A DNA stretch of 64,000 bases, from positions 6,076,001 through 6,140,000 of the forward strand of contig CDPCPM010000074.1 in NCBI GenBank assembly GCA_976551045.1, read 5' to 3'. Positions 23,810-36,949 of the stretch are shown in pieces (the stretch's first letter is position 1; each line of letters opens with the position of its first letter). Under the pieces are notes generated by a model that saw nothing but the letters and a program-made list of their open reading frames with translations, searched no databases and had not been told where the DNA came from. The position numbers and the translations under genes are program-made. Source of the stretch: Glaucostegus cemiculus. Taxonomy: Eukaryota.

Positions 23810-24332
23810 CTGTTCAATAATGCACGGCCTCACTTTAAAAATGATGTAAAGGTGATGGAGATTGTGTAGGCAAAATATATTAGGATGATAGAATCTTAGT
23901 GAATGGTAACTTTATATAAATACAGGAACCTTTATTTATGAGGAGACACTAGAAAAACTGGGCTTTGATCACTTGAACATTGAAGTTATTTGATAGACTT
24001 GCTCAGACTTCTGAAGGGTTTTGATTGGGTAAATTGGGAAAACATATTTCCTCTGATCAGTGAGTAGTAACTAGAATACAAGGATTTAAGGTGAAAGTGA
24101 GAGGCGATAATTTCATTATCCAAAGGGATATACATAAGTGGATTTTTTTTCCAAAAACAGAGGTGGGAGCAAACTCCATAACAGCTTTTGAAAGGAACAT
24201 GAATGCATATGGAAAATAAAGTTTTATCAGGATATGGAGGAACAGCTGGGAAATGGAGTAAAGGAGATAATTCTCTCAAGGACCAAATGCATTGACTTAA
24301 ATAGTCTGCTTCTGTGTTGTACGATTCTATGA
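23810..24332 (+). mobile_element. Old CR1-clade 3' region
   Basis: YEETLEKLGF, KGFD.VN.ENIFPL remnants; tail CTGCTTCTGTGTTGTACGATTCTATGA. Confidence 0.65.
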
Positions 24333-24711
24333 TGCAAAGTGCAGGCAACAAATTATAAAATTCACCATGATGAGATTTGCAGCCATTTGCTCAGAATGAA
24401 CATGAAATCCTGCACACGTTCTTTATCGTTCCATTGATAAATATTTGTTTCTCATGCAGTTACAGATAGTCAAAATGCTCAACCTGATTCTCAATGATTT
24501 TAATTTTGGGGGAATAACACCAAAGGCATCATTTGGTAATATGCAACTTCACACATGACACACACACAAACACATGAATTCCATGTAACATAAAAACAAC
24601 ATATTTTGCCTTGAAGCACAATTTACTTATTTGTGTAAAGTTATTTTGATGATAAGATAATTTTGGTACTTTGCTACCTAATTGAATAGAATTTATGTTA
24701 TTTTTAATCGG

Positions 24712-24903
24712 GTTCACCCAGAAGGTGGTCAGTATATGGAATGAGCTGCCAGAGGAAGTGGTTGAGGCAGGTATATTAATAATATTTTAAAGTTTTAGAG
24801 AGATATGTACCAAATACAGGCAAACGGGGATAGCTTAGTTGGGAATCTTGGTTGGCATGAACCAGTTGGGCCGAAGGTCCTGTTTCCGTACTGTATGACT
24901 CTA
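24712..24903 (+). mobile_element. CR1-clade 3' end
   Basis: FTQKVVSIWNELPEEVVEAG; GGGCCGAAGGTCCTGTTTCCGTACTGTATGACTCT. Confidence 0.9.
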
Positions 24904-27317
24904 ATGTTCTAGGACTCTAATATTGACCTGCTATAGAAGATATGGCCTGCTTACTTACATTTTGCTCTGCAACTTTCTAATGCTTCTGTACTTCACCTAT
25001 CTACAGCAAGTGTTTTTTATTGATACATTGTGGAGTTTCCTTTGGAGCTGGTGAGCTTGCTCCTTCCAGCTCTGTTTGTTTGGCCAGTTCTTGGACAGCA
25101 GGATGTGTATACTGGCTGAGCCTCCCACAAGCTGATGGCTGAGTGCTTGTTCTAATGATCCAGCTGGTGTGAAGCTTCACCCACCGTGCCATTGAGAATA
25201 GGGAATGCCTGCAGCAGGTTCTGTTCAGATTCAGTTTAAGCTAACGACTGCATTTCAACTAGTACAAAGCAAAGTTATAAATCTTTAAATATTTTCGTCC
25301 TTAACAGCTGATTATCTCAGTAGCTCCTTGCTGAGACTGGTAGAGCAGCAACAGGGATATGCTCACATAGGCTAGCACATTGAGGTAGAACTTCTGTTAT
25401 AGTGAACAGAGTGAAGTGGAGCCAGCTATATGTAATAGCTTTGTGGTTTCTTTTTACCCATATTCACTACTCTAAAGCACATCCTATGATTAAAATAGTT
25501 GAAAATGTAAAAAGTGCAAAAGGTTATGCCTGCTCAACTACAAACACTGTTGTCATTGCAGAAAAGTGAGGCAAACCAAAGTTTAAACCAAAGGAAAAAA
25601 ATAATAACACAACAAAAAGTAAATAGAGTTCATAGGAAAAAAGTTGCTGTGCTGAGAAAATGCAAGGAAGCAGATGGGTTACCAAGCTAACCCTCTCAAA
25701 GAATAATTGCAATTTTATTTATTTGGAGTTGTCACTGCCTCATTGGCCCCATCTGGATTTAAATTGCATTCCCACGATGATTTGTTATCAATTGTTAATC
25801 ATTTACAACTGTTTCTGGTGCTCCTGCAGTTTTCTGCAGCTGTTGGGAGGTTGTTTACCGACTAAATCTAACCAATTCTTGTCGGGCCTATTTCTTCTGT
25901 GGTGTTTACAAAGGAAACTCATGATGTAAAACTGTGAGGACAAAAATGTGTAAGTCTGTGCTTTCCTTCTATGAGTCATTTTTTTTCTTTCTGCGTCCTC
26001 CAATGTTGAAGGAAGGTGAGGCTATAAGTTTGTCTCATCATTTCTGATTCCAGGGTTGCTGAGCTACAGGAAGACTGGAACATTAAAAAGTATAAGATTA
26101 CTCGCTTCACATATAATATCATTCTGCAATTCAGAATAAGAGGACAATTCACAGTGATATCTTTGACTTGATTGGCCTATAGCAGCCTGGAATAAATATT
26201 CTATATGTTCCAAGTAAACTTGTAACTACTCACCCTTTTCCAATAGGCTGACTGAGGAATGTCTCAGTGAGCCATCACACATATGTGATGGATAATGTAA
26301 CTGTCAGAGTAGGGCAGAAACTCAGAGGAAAACCAAAAACTACGCAGATTAACTGCATTTCAGAAAAAATGAATAGTTTAAGAACATATGACTGCATGCT
26401 ATGCAAATACTAAATTAAGTTCCTTTCTAAAATAACAACATAAGTATATCAATTCTCTCTCCAGCATTGCCGGGCAAAGTATGACTCAATTGATGTACTG
26501 AACTCCACAAAGACAAAGGATGACATAAATCTACTTGAACAATTAGGTACTGAGATATGAATCTGACCAGAATGCAGTTAAGTGTCTTAAAATATGAATG
26601 GAAATCCAAAGGAGCACATCTGAAAAAAGAGTCATTACTCTCTGGCTAAATAATGTTCTTGTTTTTAAAGGAAGAAGAGTCAGAAGGATTGTACACCATT
26701 ATTACTATGAAGGAAGTAGCACTCCCATGCTAGGACATTGGCACTAACTTTAACTCAACCAGCCCAGCAGGGATAAAGTGTGCAACTGGTTAAAATTACA
26801 AAAAAGAGCACAGTTAATGTTATGTCTATCAGAAAGCTGCCAACTATCATTTTTATGCTCCAGAACTGACGCAACTCAGAAATGCACCCAACCAGGAACA
26901 GGCATGTGCTCACAAATAATGTGGAGATCCTGCTCCATGCAAATGCTCTGAGTAATGCTTAACATCATCAGTAAAATTCAAAGCCCCACATCTGCAGGCA
27001 TTCAAACTTGGGATCTGTGTGCCATTGCGAGCAATGCCTTGTCTCAGCTTCATGATTTTTATTTCCTATATCTACTTTTGCTGAGCATTTACTTCTTGGC
27101 ATATGTGCAATACTAACTACGTACGTTTGGGTAGATGAGTTGCAAAAGGAGGAGGAAGATAAGCTCCTGCAGATTCATGAACAAGCAACCTGTTGGAAAA
27201 CAGCAGGTGAGGGAATTTTGTACCTAATTTGTAAGGTAATACTCTTCTGGCTCACCAATTTGGATGACTGGCTGAGTGTTTCCACTCCCCAAAATGGGCA
27301 TGCTGAAAACAAATGGA

Positions 27318-27657
27318 GTCATGGAGTCAGAGTTATAGAGCAGTCACAGGCTCTTCAGCCCACTGAGTCACCACCGATCATCAAGCACCTAGTTGCCCTA
27401 ACCCAATAAAATTACCATTTTATTATCGGCACAGTCTTGTCAATCATTCCCAGATTCTACCAGGGCAAAGTACAGTAGCCATTTAATTTACTGCACACCT
27501 TTGGGATGTGGGAGGAAACCAGAGCATCCAGACAAAACCCAAACAGTCACAGGGAGATAGTGCAAACTCCACATAGACAGCACCAGAGGTCAACACTGAA
27601 CCCAGGGTGCTGGAGCAGTGAGGCAGCAGCTCTGCTAGTTACACCAGTGTGCCACCC
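27318..27657 (-). mobile_element. HE1-like V-SINE
   Basis: TTTGGGATGTGGGAGGAAACCAGAGCATCC..CAAACTCCACATAGACAGCACC..GTGCCACCC. Confidence 0.88.
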
Positions 27658-27729
27658 TCAAGTGTTTAGACTCAGGAATATACATTTACCAAAATCTGAC
27701 GAGACTCATGACACATTTGCGTTATTCAC

Positions 27730-27925
27730 TCTTTCTTGGTCTTCGCCCTATCATGTCCCCTTTTTTAACCTCCTCCCTCCCCTTCATCTGCAACTTTAAA
27801 CATATTTGTTTTCTAACTTTTCTAGCTCTGATGAAAGTTAATTGATCTGAAATGTGAACACTTCTTCTCTCTCCACAGATGCTGCCTAACCTACTCAGTA
27901 TTTCGAACATTTTCTGCTTTTATAT
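27730..27925 (+). mobile_element. PLE terminal repeat with hammerhead remnant
   Basis: CTGATGA 27828-27834 and GAAA 27849-27852, followed by CTCTCCACAGATGCTGCC. Confidence 0.75.
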
Positions 27926-28723
27926 CATAAGACATCAGTTTGCAAAGGAATCAACCTATTATCTCTCCAAGAAGCGTGTGCCTTATGTTAAATTTTGCAA
28001 AAATTTTCCTCTCATTCTCTTCTGATTGGTTTGCTAGTTTAAGTCTTTAAGAACAGATTTCAGACTACAGTGCTTGGAATGATTTCAATATCTTGGTTTT
28101 AGCACTCTCTTCTCTAAATAACTCTCTTTGTGGTTATGAAGTTCAACTTGCTGCAAAATGCCTAGCATGTCGCAGTGTTTTTGATTTCCTTTAACTTATC
28201 TGACAACAATAAAACTGCCAGACATGTTAACTGTAGTGATATCATCTCCCTTACCAAATGTATCAATGCAATCTATTATGTTTACAATGTATTTTGTAAG
28301 ATGTTTTAGCACACTGGCCATGGGGCATAAAATTGTTATTTTTTTTACCTTTCAGAGCAGAAAATTAATTTATGTTCCTAAGCCTAAATTTTGCTTCATC
28401 ATCTATTGCAGACGACTTGATTATAACCACAGGTTATCAATGAGGGGCCAACAGTGGGAATTTAAAATTCACACACTGTTCCAGAAATGAGGACTTTAAC
28501 TCCCAGATCTCCTTTAATTCCCCATCTGTATTTGATGATTAGTTGGACAAAGTCAGTGGAACTTTGGATGACTTGGAGAATGCCAATCAACAGAAGGTAT
28601 GTATTTGGATTGGTCAGCAGACAATCTTGCAGTAGGAGGGGACAAATTTGGCCAAGGGGGAATAGGTGGGCAGGGGATGGGGCAGGTGGGGAGATGTGGC
28701 AAGGAAGGGTGACATGATGAGGA

Positions 28724-29071
28724 GGGCGGAGTGGCAGCAGCTAACGATGCTGCTTCCTCACAGCTCCAGTGACCCAGTTCAATCATGACCTACGGATGCT
28801 CTCCTTGTGGAGTTTGCATGTTCTCCAAGAGACCACTTGGGTTTCCTATGAGTGTTCTAGCTTCTTCAACATCCTAAAGACGTGCAGGTTGGTAAGTTAA
28901 TTGGCCACTGTGAATTGCTCATAATATGTAGGTGAGTGGGAAAATCTGGAGGGACTTGTTGTAGGGAGAATATGATGGGATTAACATAGGGTTATTTAAA
29001 TGGCTGCTTGATGGACGATGCAGACTCAGTGGATTGAAGGACTTACTTCCATGCTCTCTGACTCTATGACT
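28724..29071 (+). mobile_element. HE1-like V-SINE with CR1-type tail
   Basis: CCTCACAGCTCCAGTGACCCAGTTCAATC..GTGGAGTTTGCATGTTCTCC..TTAATTGGCCACTGTGAATTG..GACTCTATGACT. Confidence 0.87.
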
Positions 29072-29169
29072 AAGTTTGTGACTGTTTGGAATGCAGATGC
29101 TGTGGGCTCAGACAGACACTTTTGCATCTCTTGGTCACCTCAAGACTATTAACACAATTCTAAACTCTA

Positions 29170-29910
29170 AAAACCAAGAAAACTGCAGGTACTGGAAATC
29201 TGAAAACAAAAGATGCTGGAAACACTCAGAAGGTCAGACAGCATCCGTGGAAAAGGAAGCAGAGTTAATGCCTCAGGCTGAAGACTCTTTTTCAAATATG
29301 GGAAAGAAAGGGAAGGTTAGTTTTAAGTTGCACAGAAGGTTTGGGGAGGGTTGAATAATACCTGTGCTACGGTGAGGACAGGATTGTTGTGAGGATAAGT
29401 TACTGATGGGAGCAATTAAAGGGTGTCAAAGGAGTATGATGTATTGCAAACAGCATGTCAGGGTGTGCAAATGGAGAGGGGAGAAAGCAGAGCCAATATC
29501 ATAGACAGATGACTCACTGCTAAAATTGGTTTGTTCTGGTATTAACAGAGAAAGTGCATTACCTGAAGTTTGAGAATTCACTATTGGATCTAGAAGCCTA
29601 CAGTGTGTCTAGACAGAGTCATAGCATCATACAACACAGAAACAGGCCCTTCAGCCCATCGTGTCCATGCCGACCAAGATGCCCATCTAAGCTACTCCAA
29701 TTTGCCTGCGTTTGACCCATATCCCCCTAACCTTTCCTATCCAATGAGATCCAATGACATAAGAGGTGCTGTTCCTCAAGGCATTGGGCCTTGATATAAC
29801 ATGATTCACAAGTCACAGAGGGAGTGGAATGGAGAATTAAAGTAACAGGCAATGGGAAGGTAGGGTTGCCCTTGCAGATTGAGTGCAGGTGCTCCACCAA
29901 GTGTTCCACC
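29170..29910 (-). mobile_element. Penelope-like element (GIY-YIG C-terminus plus terminal repeat) with a nested CR1 tail at 29614-29742
   Basis: Minus ORF HLVEHLHSICKGNPTFP and LEEQHLL; reverse-complement terminal repeat AACTGCAGGTACTGGAAATCTGAAA..CATCCGTGGAAAAGGAAGCAGAGTTAA. Confidence 0.78.
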
Positions 29911-29934
29911 GCCTTTATTGTGCCTTCCCTGGGC

Positions 29935-30365
29935 TCAATTCCATCTTGGTGACTGGCACTCCATCCATTACCCTAAAAATTCATCCCCTCCACCAGATAC
30001 ACAATACCTCTGCAGTGTCTACAATATGTAGCACAGTTATTCACCTAGGGTACTCCAACAGCACCTCCCCATCCATGACTCTCCCACCAAGAAGGACAAG
30101 GGGAGTGAGCACTTGGGAACATCACCACCTGCAGGTTCATTTCCAAGTCACACACCATCTGGACTTCAAAATTTATCAACCTTCCTTCATTGTCACTGGG
30201 TCTAAACTTGAAACTCCCTATCCAGCTGTTTGATGGAAGCATTTTCAACAGGAAGATCACAGCAGTTCGGAAGATGGCTTACCAACACCTCTTCAAAGGC
30301 AATTAAGGATTAGTAATAATTGATATCCTGCCAGTAATACCCAAATGCCAAAAAGTGAATAAAAC
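29935..30365 (+). mobile_element. Non-LTR LINE 3' end (CR1/L2 group, distinct family)
   Basis: ORF 29883-30233 GTPSITLKIHPLH..AVSTI..PPRRTR..WEHHHLQV..HHLD..SFIVTGSK; tail GCAATTAAGGAT..GAATAAAA. Confidence 0.7.
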
Positions 30366-33300
30366 AACCCTAACTTGGTTTCTGATGGGTAAACAGGGTT
30401 TAGATTGGAGCATGCCCACTTGTGCAAAGCAGTAGAGCTTAGCTGAACTAGTTAATCAACGGAAAAATAACTGAGTTTACTTGGTCGAAATACTTTTCTG
30501 TACTGTTAATTTGTGGCTAAAGACATCCTTCTTGAAGTTTTTTAAATGCCCATTTAGGTCAGTACACCACCTTTTAATATCACTCAGTCCAGATTAGCTA
30601 ACTTATTTTAGCTGTCCAAATCCATTACCGTTCCTGCAGGCTCCTTTTATATTTAGTTTGTCTGCATATGGGTTAAATATTATTTCAATCAAACAGCTTA
30701 TACAGTTCTTTAGTATTGTATTTCCTAATATGATGGAAGTTTCCGCAAAAATGTAATGGGTTGGAATTCAACGTATTGTGCTGGTTACTGCCAATTCACT
30801 GAACAGTTTGCAAAGAATTACATTTGGGGATTTGTTCTGTGAAACAAAAGAAACTCATGACTAGGGCTTGCTGAGTCCAAGCAATCCTGACAAAGCTGAT
30901 TTGCAATACTTTTGTGCCTAATTCTACCTGCATGTGTCAGATTATACCAGCATCTGCTGTCTTGTGCAAAACAGAAAATATTTCTGTGGATCATGGCTGC
31001 TTTACATTAGTAATCACAGTGAGAATCCAGTGGGCAAGGATTCAGAAGCAAGAAACAGAAGATGTCTGCAGAACGTTAATAGCCAAACTCTATGTCAGAA
31101 CCACTCCCTCCCCCACAATCTTCCACACCATATTACCCCCTGCCCTTCACACCCAACTGTGATCATTTTAAAACCTGTCGAATGCATGAAGCAACTATCA
31201 AATGGATTCACAGGAGTAAATCCAAAGAATAATTTGACACTGTCATGTCTATTAGCAAAGAGTTCTCTTTTCTTTTAATATCATATTGCTAAAGAATCAT
31301 CAAAGTCACAGAAAAAACTCCATGGGCCAGTCTTCACTCCATGCGCCAGTCTTATCACATGGATGAAATTCTCTAGATGACATCAATGAAGTTGATGTAT
31401 AGTCAATGATGTTACTTTGCTGCTGTGGAAATCAGGATGATAACTCATTACCGTAAAAAATATCATTCTACTCCAGGTGTTCCGTCACTCTTATAAAGCA
31501 GTGGTCAAGTAGGAGCTAACCAAAAACAGGTGAGATCCTTTAGTTAAGTTCTTCAAGCACTCTGCACCAAAAAAGAATCTATAACTTGGGCTGGCCCATT
31601 GCCTAGCTTTTCAAACTTATTGGAAGCAAATGGTAATTTGAACAGAGTGCTATTTGCAGTGGGCTGAGAATGATTGCCTTCACTAATTTGAAAAAAACCC
31701 TGCATCATTTCCATCTCACTACTATCCTGACATTAGGGAGAGACTGAACCATTACAGATGTAACATTAAGCACCATCAGTGGTCTACTTATTTTGCATGT
31801 ACTGTACAGCATTGAGAAGTGACATATTATTATGTAGATACATATTTGATGATGTTAAATTGGCAATTTGAAACAAATTATGAAAGAAAAGGGAGCTTGG
31901 ACTTGAAATTGCTAAAACTCTGCCCTACAGCTTAGAACATGTTTGTAGTCATACCCGAATTACACTTCCTGGGAAATATAGGTTTAAAAGATTCTTAAAG
32001 GGCATTGTTTGCTTCATGTGTGTTTTGTTTTATTTGCACAGGTTGATGTAAAGTCAGTGCTGGTCCAAATTACACATGATGTAATCAGCTAGAGTGCTGA
32101 TTAATGGGAGCAAAGGATCTTCCTGAAGCACATCATTTATAATTTGAGACTCTGCTGTGAGGTGGTCATTCACAAAGACAAATCTGTTTGAGTTGTAATA
32201 GAGTAGCCCAACTACCTGCACCAGCTTTTGACAAATGCCAGAGTGGTTCATGGTGATACAAGTCAATATACGTAATTGGTTTATTGAAATCAATGACAAA
32301 TACAAGAAGGGTGATTGTTAGTTGTTACTCTCTTAGTGACTGCATTGAATTTATGTCAGTTCGACGCACTATTTCCTTACATGAAAACAACCTAACTTCC
32401 TTTGGACAAGCCTATGCTGTTGAGTGAATTTTTTTCTACAAGATCTTGTGTTGATTGACATAAGACAGAACCAAACATAGGTTGTCATTGATATAATGCC
32501 CTTTCTTAAGGTAAGAAGACAATTACATTTATCTTTGACTTTTTGGATGTTTCTTTGTGTTCAAAGTGTTGACAAGGGGGATTTGCTGTATGACAATGTT
32601 TCTGTTTTTCCATCAAATTCAGGCTTTGTAAGAAGGGTAGGATTCTGCTCTGTCATGTATTTTGTAAAAAAAAATAAGAAAAATCCCCAGTTGTACAAAT
32701 TTGACTTGAAGCGTTCATCGGTTTGTCTTGTGGATGATAATGAAAATGCCTATAGGGCATGTATGGATGACATGTGCTTTACATAGCAAGGAAATTTTGG
32801 GCTTTCATGTGACTTGATAATGAGTAATGACATTAAAGCACTGGTAGTAAGAACTGCATGGTATGACTACATGAAACTGAAACTGAGGGAATATCTAGTG
32901 CAGAATATGTAACAACCAACAGCCCAGAAAAAGCATCACAACAGGACTCAGGACAAACACCAGCAAGATTCTTTAGCATTTTGATTATAAAACCCAATTT
33001 AAATGCATGTCCTCATTTTCCTTCTGGTTATAATTTCTTCTCTTTCTATTCCTATTTCATCCTCCGTATTGAATTCATTTTCCTGTTGTTTCTTTCTTCC
33101 TCCCAGTAGCCACCCCCAGCAAAAGGAGTCAATATTGTATTGATTATTTTTATAAAACTGTTTTGATAGACATTTGAAAAGGAATGAAATTCTAGTTTCT
33201 GTGGGTAAGGATAGATAAGGATATTTGATACAACAATGCTTTTGAGGTATTGCGATCTTGGAGGAATTCTGCCACAGAAGTCATTGACAGCAGGACATGA

Positions 33301-33934
33301 AGAAAGTGCATTGATATTCTGGAGCTTTGATTAACTTTAGAAGAATAGAACTGACATGATTTTCCCCAGGGATGGAATAAAATGAATGACAAAAGTTGAG
33401 ATATCATTGATGAATTTTGCCATTGTGTAGGTTTTTAAATATAGTTTCAGATTCTAATCCTCACTCTTCAGAGTCTATCACTTCAATTACTCAGTCTTGT
33501 TTCACGTTGCCCATCTATTCCAGTATATTCAAACCTCAGCCAATGCAGAAGTTAATTCCAGCTGTTGTTTTCATACTCTAGCTTCACGTAATTGCAAATC
33601 TTCATTCATTCAAACCTTCACACATCAAGTAGCCAAGAGTTGCCTTCCCATTATCTACAGCAAGATATGCTTCTTAAGCCTTACTGTTGCTTAACAATAT
33701 GCAAGTTATTTTAAGCAGTTATTTGCAGATGCAAAGGTCAATGGGGGTTTCACAAAAACAAGGAAAAATAAAGTAGTATGAAGCAGTAATAAGATGAGGC
33801 AAAACTCCTTTTATCAATACATTTTTACAAACAAAATCTGGCAATAGATACATTTGATAATGCACATGACTTTGTATGCTTGATGGACAATATCAATTAT
33901 AATAGTGAATGCTTACATTAATAAAATGCCTTTT

Positions 33935-34050
33935 ATGAATACAAAATGCTTTGCAGCCAATGAAGTACTTCTGAATGTAGTCACTGGCATAATGTAGAAT
34001 ATTATGTAAACATTATGTCCCATAAACCACAAGACCACAAAGCCAATGAT
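33935..34050 (-). mobile_element. Deu-domain SINE 3' fragment
   Basis: AATGCTTTGCAGCCAATGAAGTACTTCTGAATGTAGTCACTG..AATGTAG resembles the reverse complement of 23665-23730. Confidence 0.65.
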
Positions 34051-34136
34051 GTTATGAACGTAGAAACCTGCTTTTTTTCACGATGGGGAGATTGTGAGGT
34101 AAGAAGTTCAGCTCAGGATCAAATAGTTTACCAAAG

Positions 34137-34432
34137 TTAGACAAGATGTCTTTATTAGTCACATGTACATCGAAACACACAGTGAAATGCATCTTTTGCG
34201 TAGCGTGTTCTGGCGGCAGCCCGCAAGTGTCACCACGCTTCCGGCGCCAACATAGCGTGCCCACAACTTCCTAACCCGTACATCTTTGGAAGGTGAGAGA
34301 AAACTGGAGCACCTGGAGGAAACCCAGGCAGACATGGGGAGAACGTACACACTCCTTACAGAGAGCAGCCAGAAATGAACCTGGGTCGCTGGTGCTGTAG
34401 TAACGTTATGTTAACTGCTACATTACCATGCA
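34137..34432 (-). mobile_element. V-SINE subfamily with Rex1/Babar-like tail
   Basis: Same core as the other SINEs; 3' end (minus) GCATTTCACTGTGTGTTTCGATGTACATGTGACTAATAAA. Confidence 0.9.
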
Positions 34433-36464
34433 TGTTCTGGCTTGGAAGGGGAGGGACTCAGCAACAAGGATACAGAGTTTGTGCTAAGATGATGGCTTGT
34501 GTATTCCCAAAGGTAACTGATCTCATCCAAGGCTGTCTTTACACCTGTTGCTGATATTAGTAAGGTGTTGTTTAGTTGTTATGCTATGTTATTGTTAGGC
34601 TGTATTAATACATTTCTCTTTTAAGAACATCAAGTGTGTTTCCTTCTTAAGATTCCTGAGTATTGTTCTGAGTGTCCTCAGTATCTTGTGTATGGTGTTA
34701 ATGGAGCAATCATTGTTCATGATATGCTCAGCAGTGAGCCTATGTAAATAATCACAAATATAAGGGCTAAAATTGCCAGAGTTTACACCGGCAAGAATGT
34801 TAAATAAGCTAAAGTGCAGTTGCTGTCTGGTTTGGGCATTTTGTGTGTGTGAATCTCATCCATTTTTTAAACAACTGTGTGGGACTTCTTTTATGCTACA
34901 TTTCAAAATTAAGTCACACTGCTACTTAATCCTGGAACTTCTGAGGAACAAATAAACTCGCATACCTAGTCTAATTAATCTAAATCTGTGCAACTCAACT
35001 AATGTTTAGAACATAAGTTTAGCTGAATGGTAGTGTTCAGTACATCCCACTTACCTACACTGCATCTGTGTACTTTTGAGATGGCCATGCCATTTGACGT
35101 GCATTTCCATTATCCTCCATCAAATCCCGCTGGGAAAAGTGATTTCGTTGGTTTGAAAGGGCAACGACAAGTTTAGAATCAAAGATTACGTAAACAAGAA
35201 GTCCTATTACACAACGCTGGGACTTGTTATGTAACATTATCACAGCAACTGATGAAACCATAGGGGAAAAATGCACTAACCGCACATTTTATTCTATAGC
35301 AGAATCTGCTTCATGAGACAATGATATTCCCTTGCACGAAGCCAAAGAAAACAGTATGAAAACAATCATAGAGAATCACTTGAAATTTAGAACCATGCCT
35401 GAGGATACAGTTTATCGGAAAGATGATAACCATACCAGCAAGCAAGCAACTCCATATGACATACAGCCATTTGAAGCGATCACCATGTATCACAGCTTCA
35501 TAAGGCTCACAAAACATCACACAGAACGCATTACTCTTCAATTCTCTCCAATCCAACCTGTCACTGAATCTGAAATGGATAATGTCAGATTAGAGAAAAT
35601 ATTGATGATCTAAGAGCCAATGTTCTCAAACCTAAAAGTCACTAGGTATTATTCATGCAAGCCCAAACTCCCTTGTATCTGAATAACTTTGTGATGCAAG
35701 ATTTAAAGGAAAATAGAAAGATAAAAAAAATCAGCACATTTTTTTTAATTAACAAGGAGAGATATGTGATATTATGTTATTGTTGTACTGCTGGTGCATT
35801 TCTTTATTCAGATCATTGTGTGTATTCCCTCTTTAAGGGCACTATAGATCTATGAATACTGAGTGCCCAGTGAAGCAAACAACCATTGTTTATATTGTGC
35901 TTACATCAAGTCTATCATTAATTATGTATATAAACACTGTAACAGTTGGAGTTTCCAGTCAGTAAAATGGATTTGGGGGGGATTCCAAAGACAACTATCT
36001 AGAAGTGGGAAGAGCAGCTATTGCTGCAGTTCCTCTTACAATAAGTCATTGGCCAAAAGTGGAATCAAGCAACAGCAGCAGAGAAAAGAGGGCTGGCATT
36101 GGATGAGCATGGTTGGTCAACTGCATTAAGGCATGGACAGAAATCTATGGAAAGAAATGGAACAGAAAAGAAGGTTGAGACAGGATAGTTAAAGTCAGAT
36201 TATTTTGGGAAGTAATAAAGTCAGTTTCTACAGAGAGAAATGATTGCTGAAAATGGTGGGAAGATGATGTATGGGTCAGATCCTTGGAAAGAGAATTGAT
36301 TCATTCAGACCTGATGGCTATTACCAATTCCTTAAACAAATTGTTTACTCTATGAGAAATGAAAGAATAAAGCCAATAGTTTATACTTGTTAAGTATTGA
36401 AGCAAATGTATAGTAATACATACAATTACATAGCATGGCCAAGATTGTCAGAATAGGAAATGAA

Positions 36465-36575
36465 AATCAAAAAACTGCAGATGGTGGGAATAATAAATAA
36501 ATAAATAGAATGCTGGGAAAACGCAGTATGCTACCTCATCTGGAGAGTGTTACCAGCAATTTCTGTTTTTATTTT
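36465..36575. repeat. Collapsed fold-back PLE terminal repeat
   Basis: AAAACTGCAGATGGTGGGAAT..AGAATGCTGG / CCAGCAATTTCTGTTTTTATTT. Confidence 0.55.
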
Positions 36576-36949
36576 GTCTTTATAGGTGTTGATTCTTCCT
36601 AAATGCTACATGCTATAAGATTGTAGATCAATTTATAGGGGCTTATGGGTTCATTACGAATAAATTTCCTCTGATCATATCCATTGAAACTGTGCAAAGA
36701 ACAAAATTATCTGATAATTTCCTTGCATTGCCTTAAGACAAGAAAGATAATTTTGCTGCCTTGCCATATCCTGGGCCAACTTCAAATGAATTTGGATAAA
36801 TTCACCAGTATAATTCTAATCAGCTTTCTGCTGAAGCAGTAGTAATACAGCATGGCTTGTTGTATCCTGTAACACTTTAACCTCGCTACAGCTTTATGAA
36901 ACTTTCATCTGATTGAGCAGTTCTGCAATTTAAAGGTCTAATCTTATGC

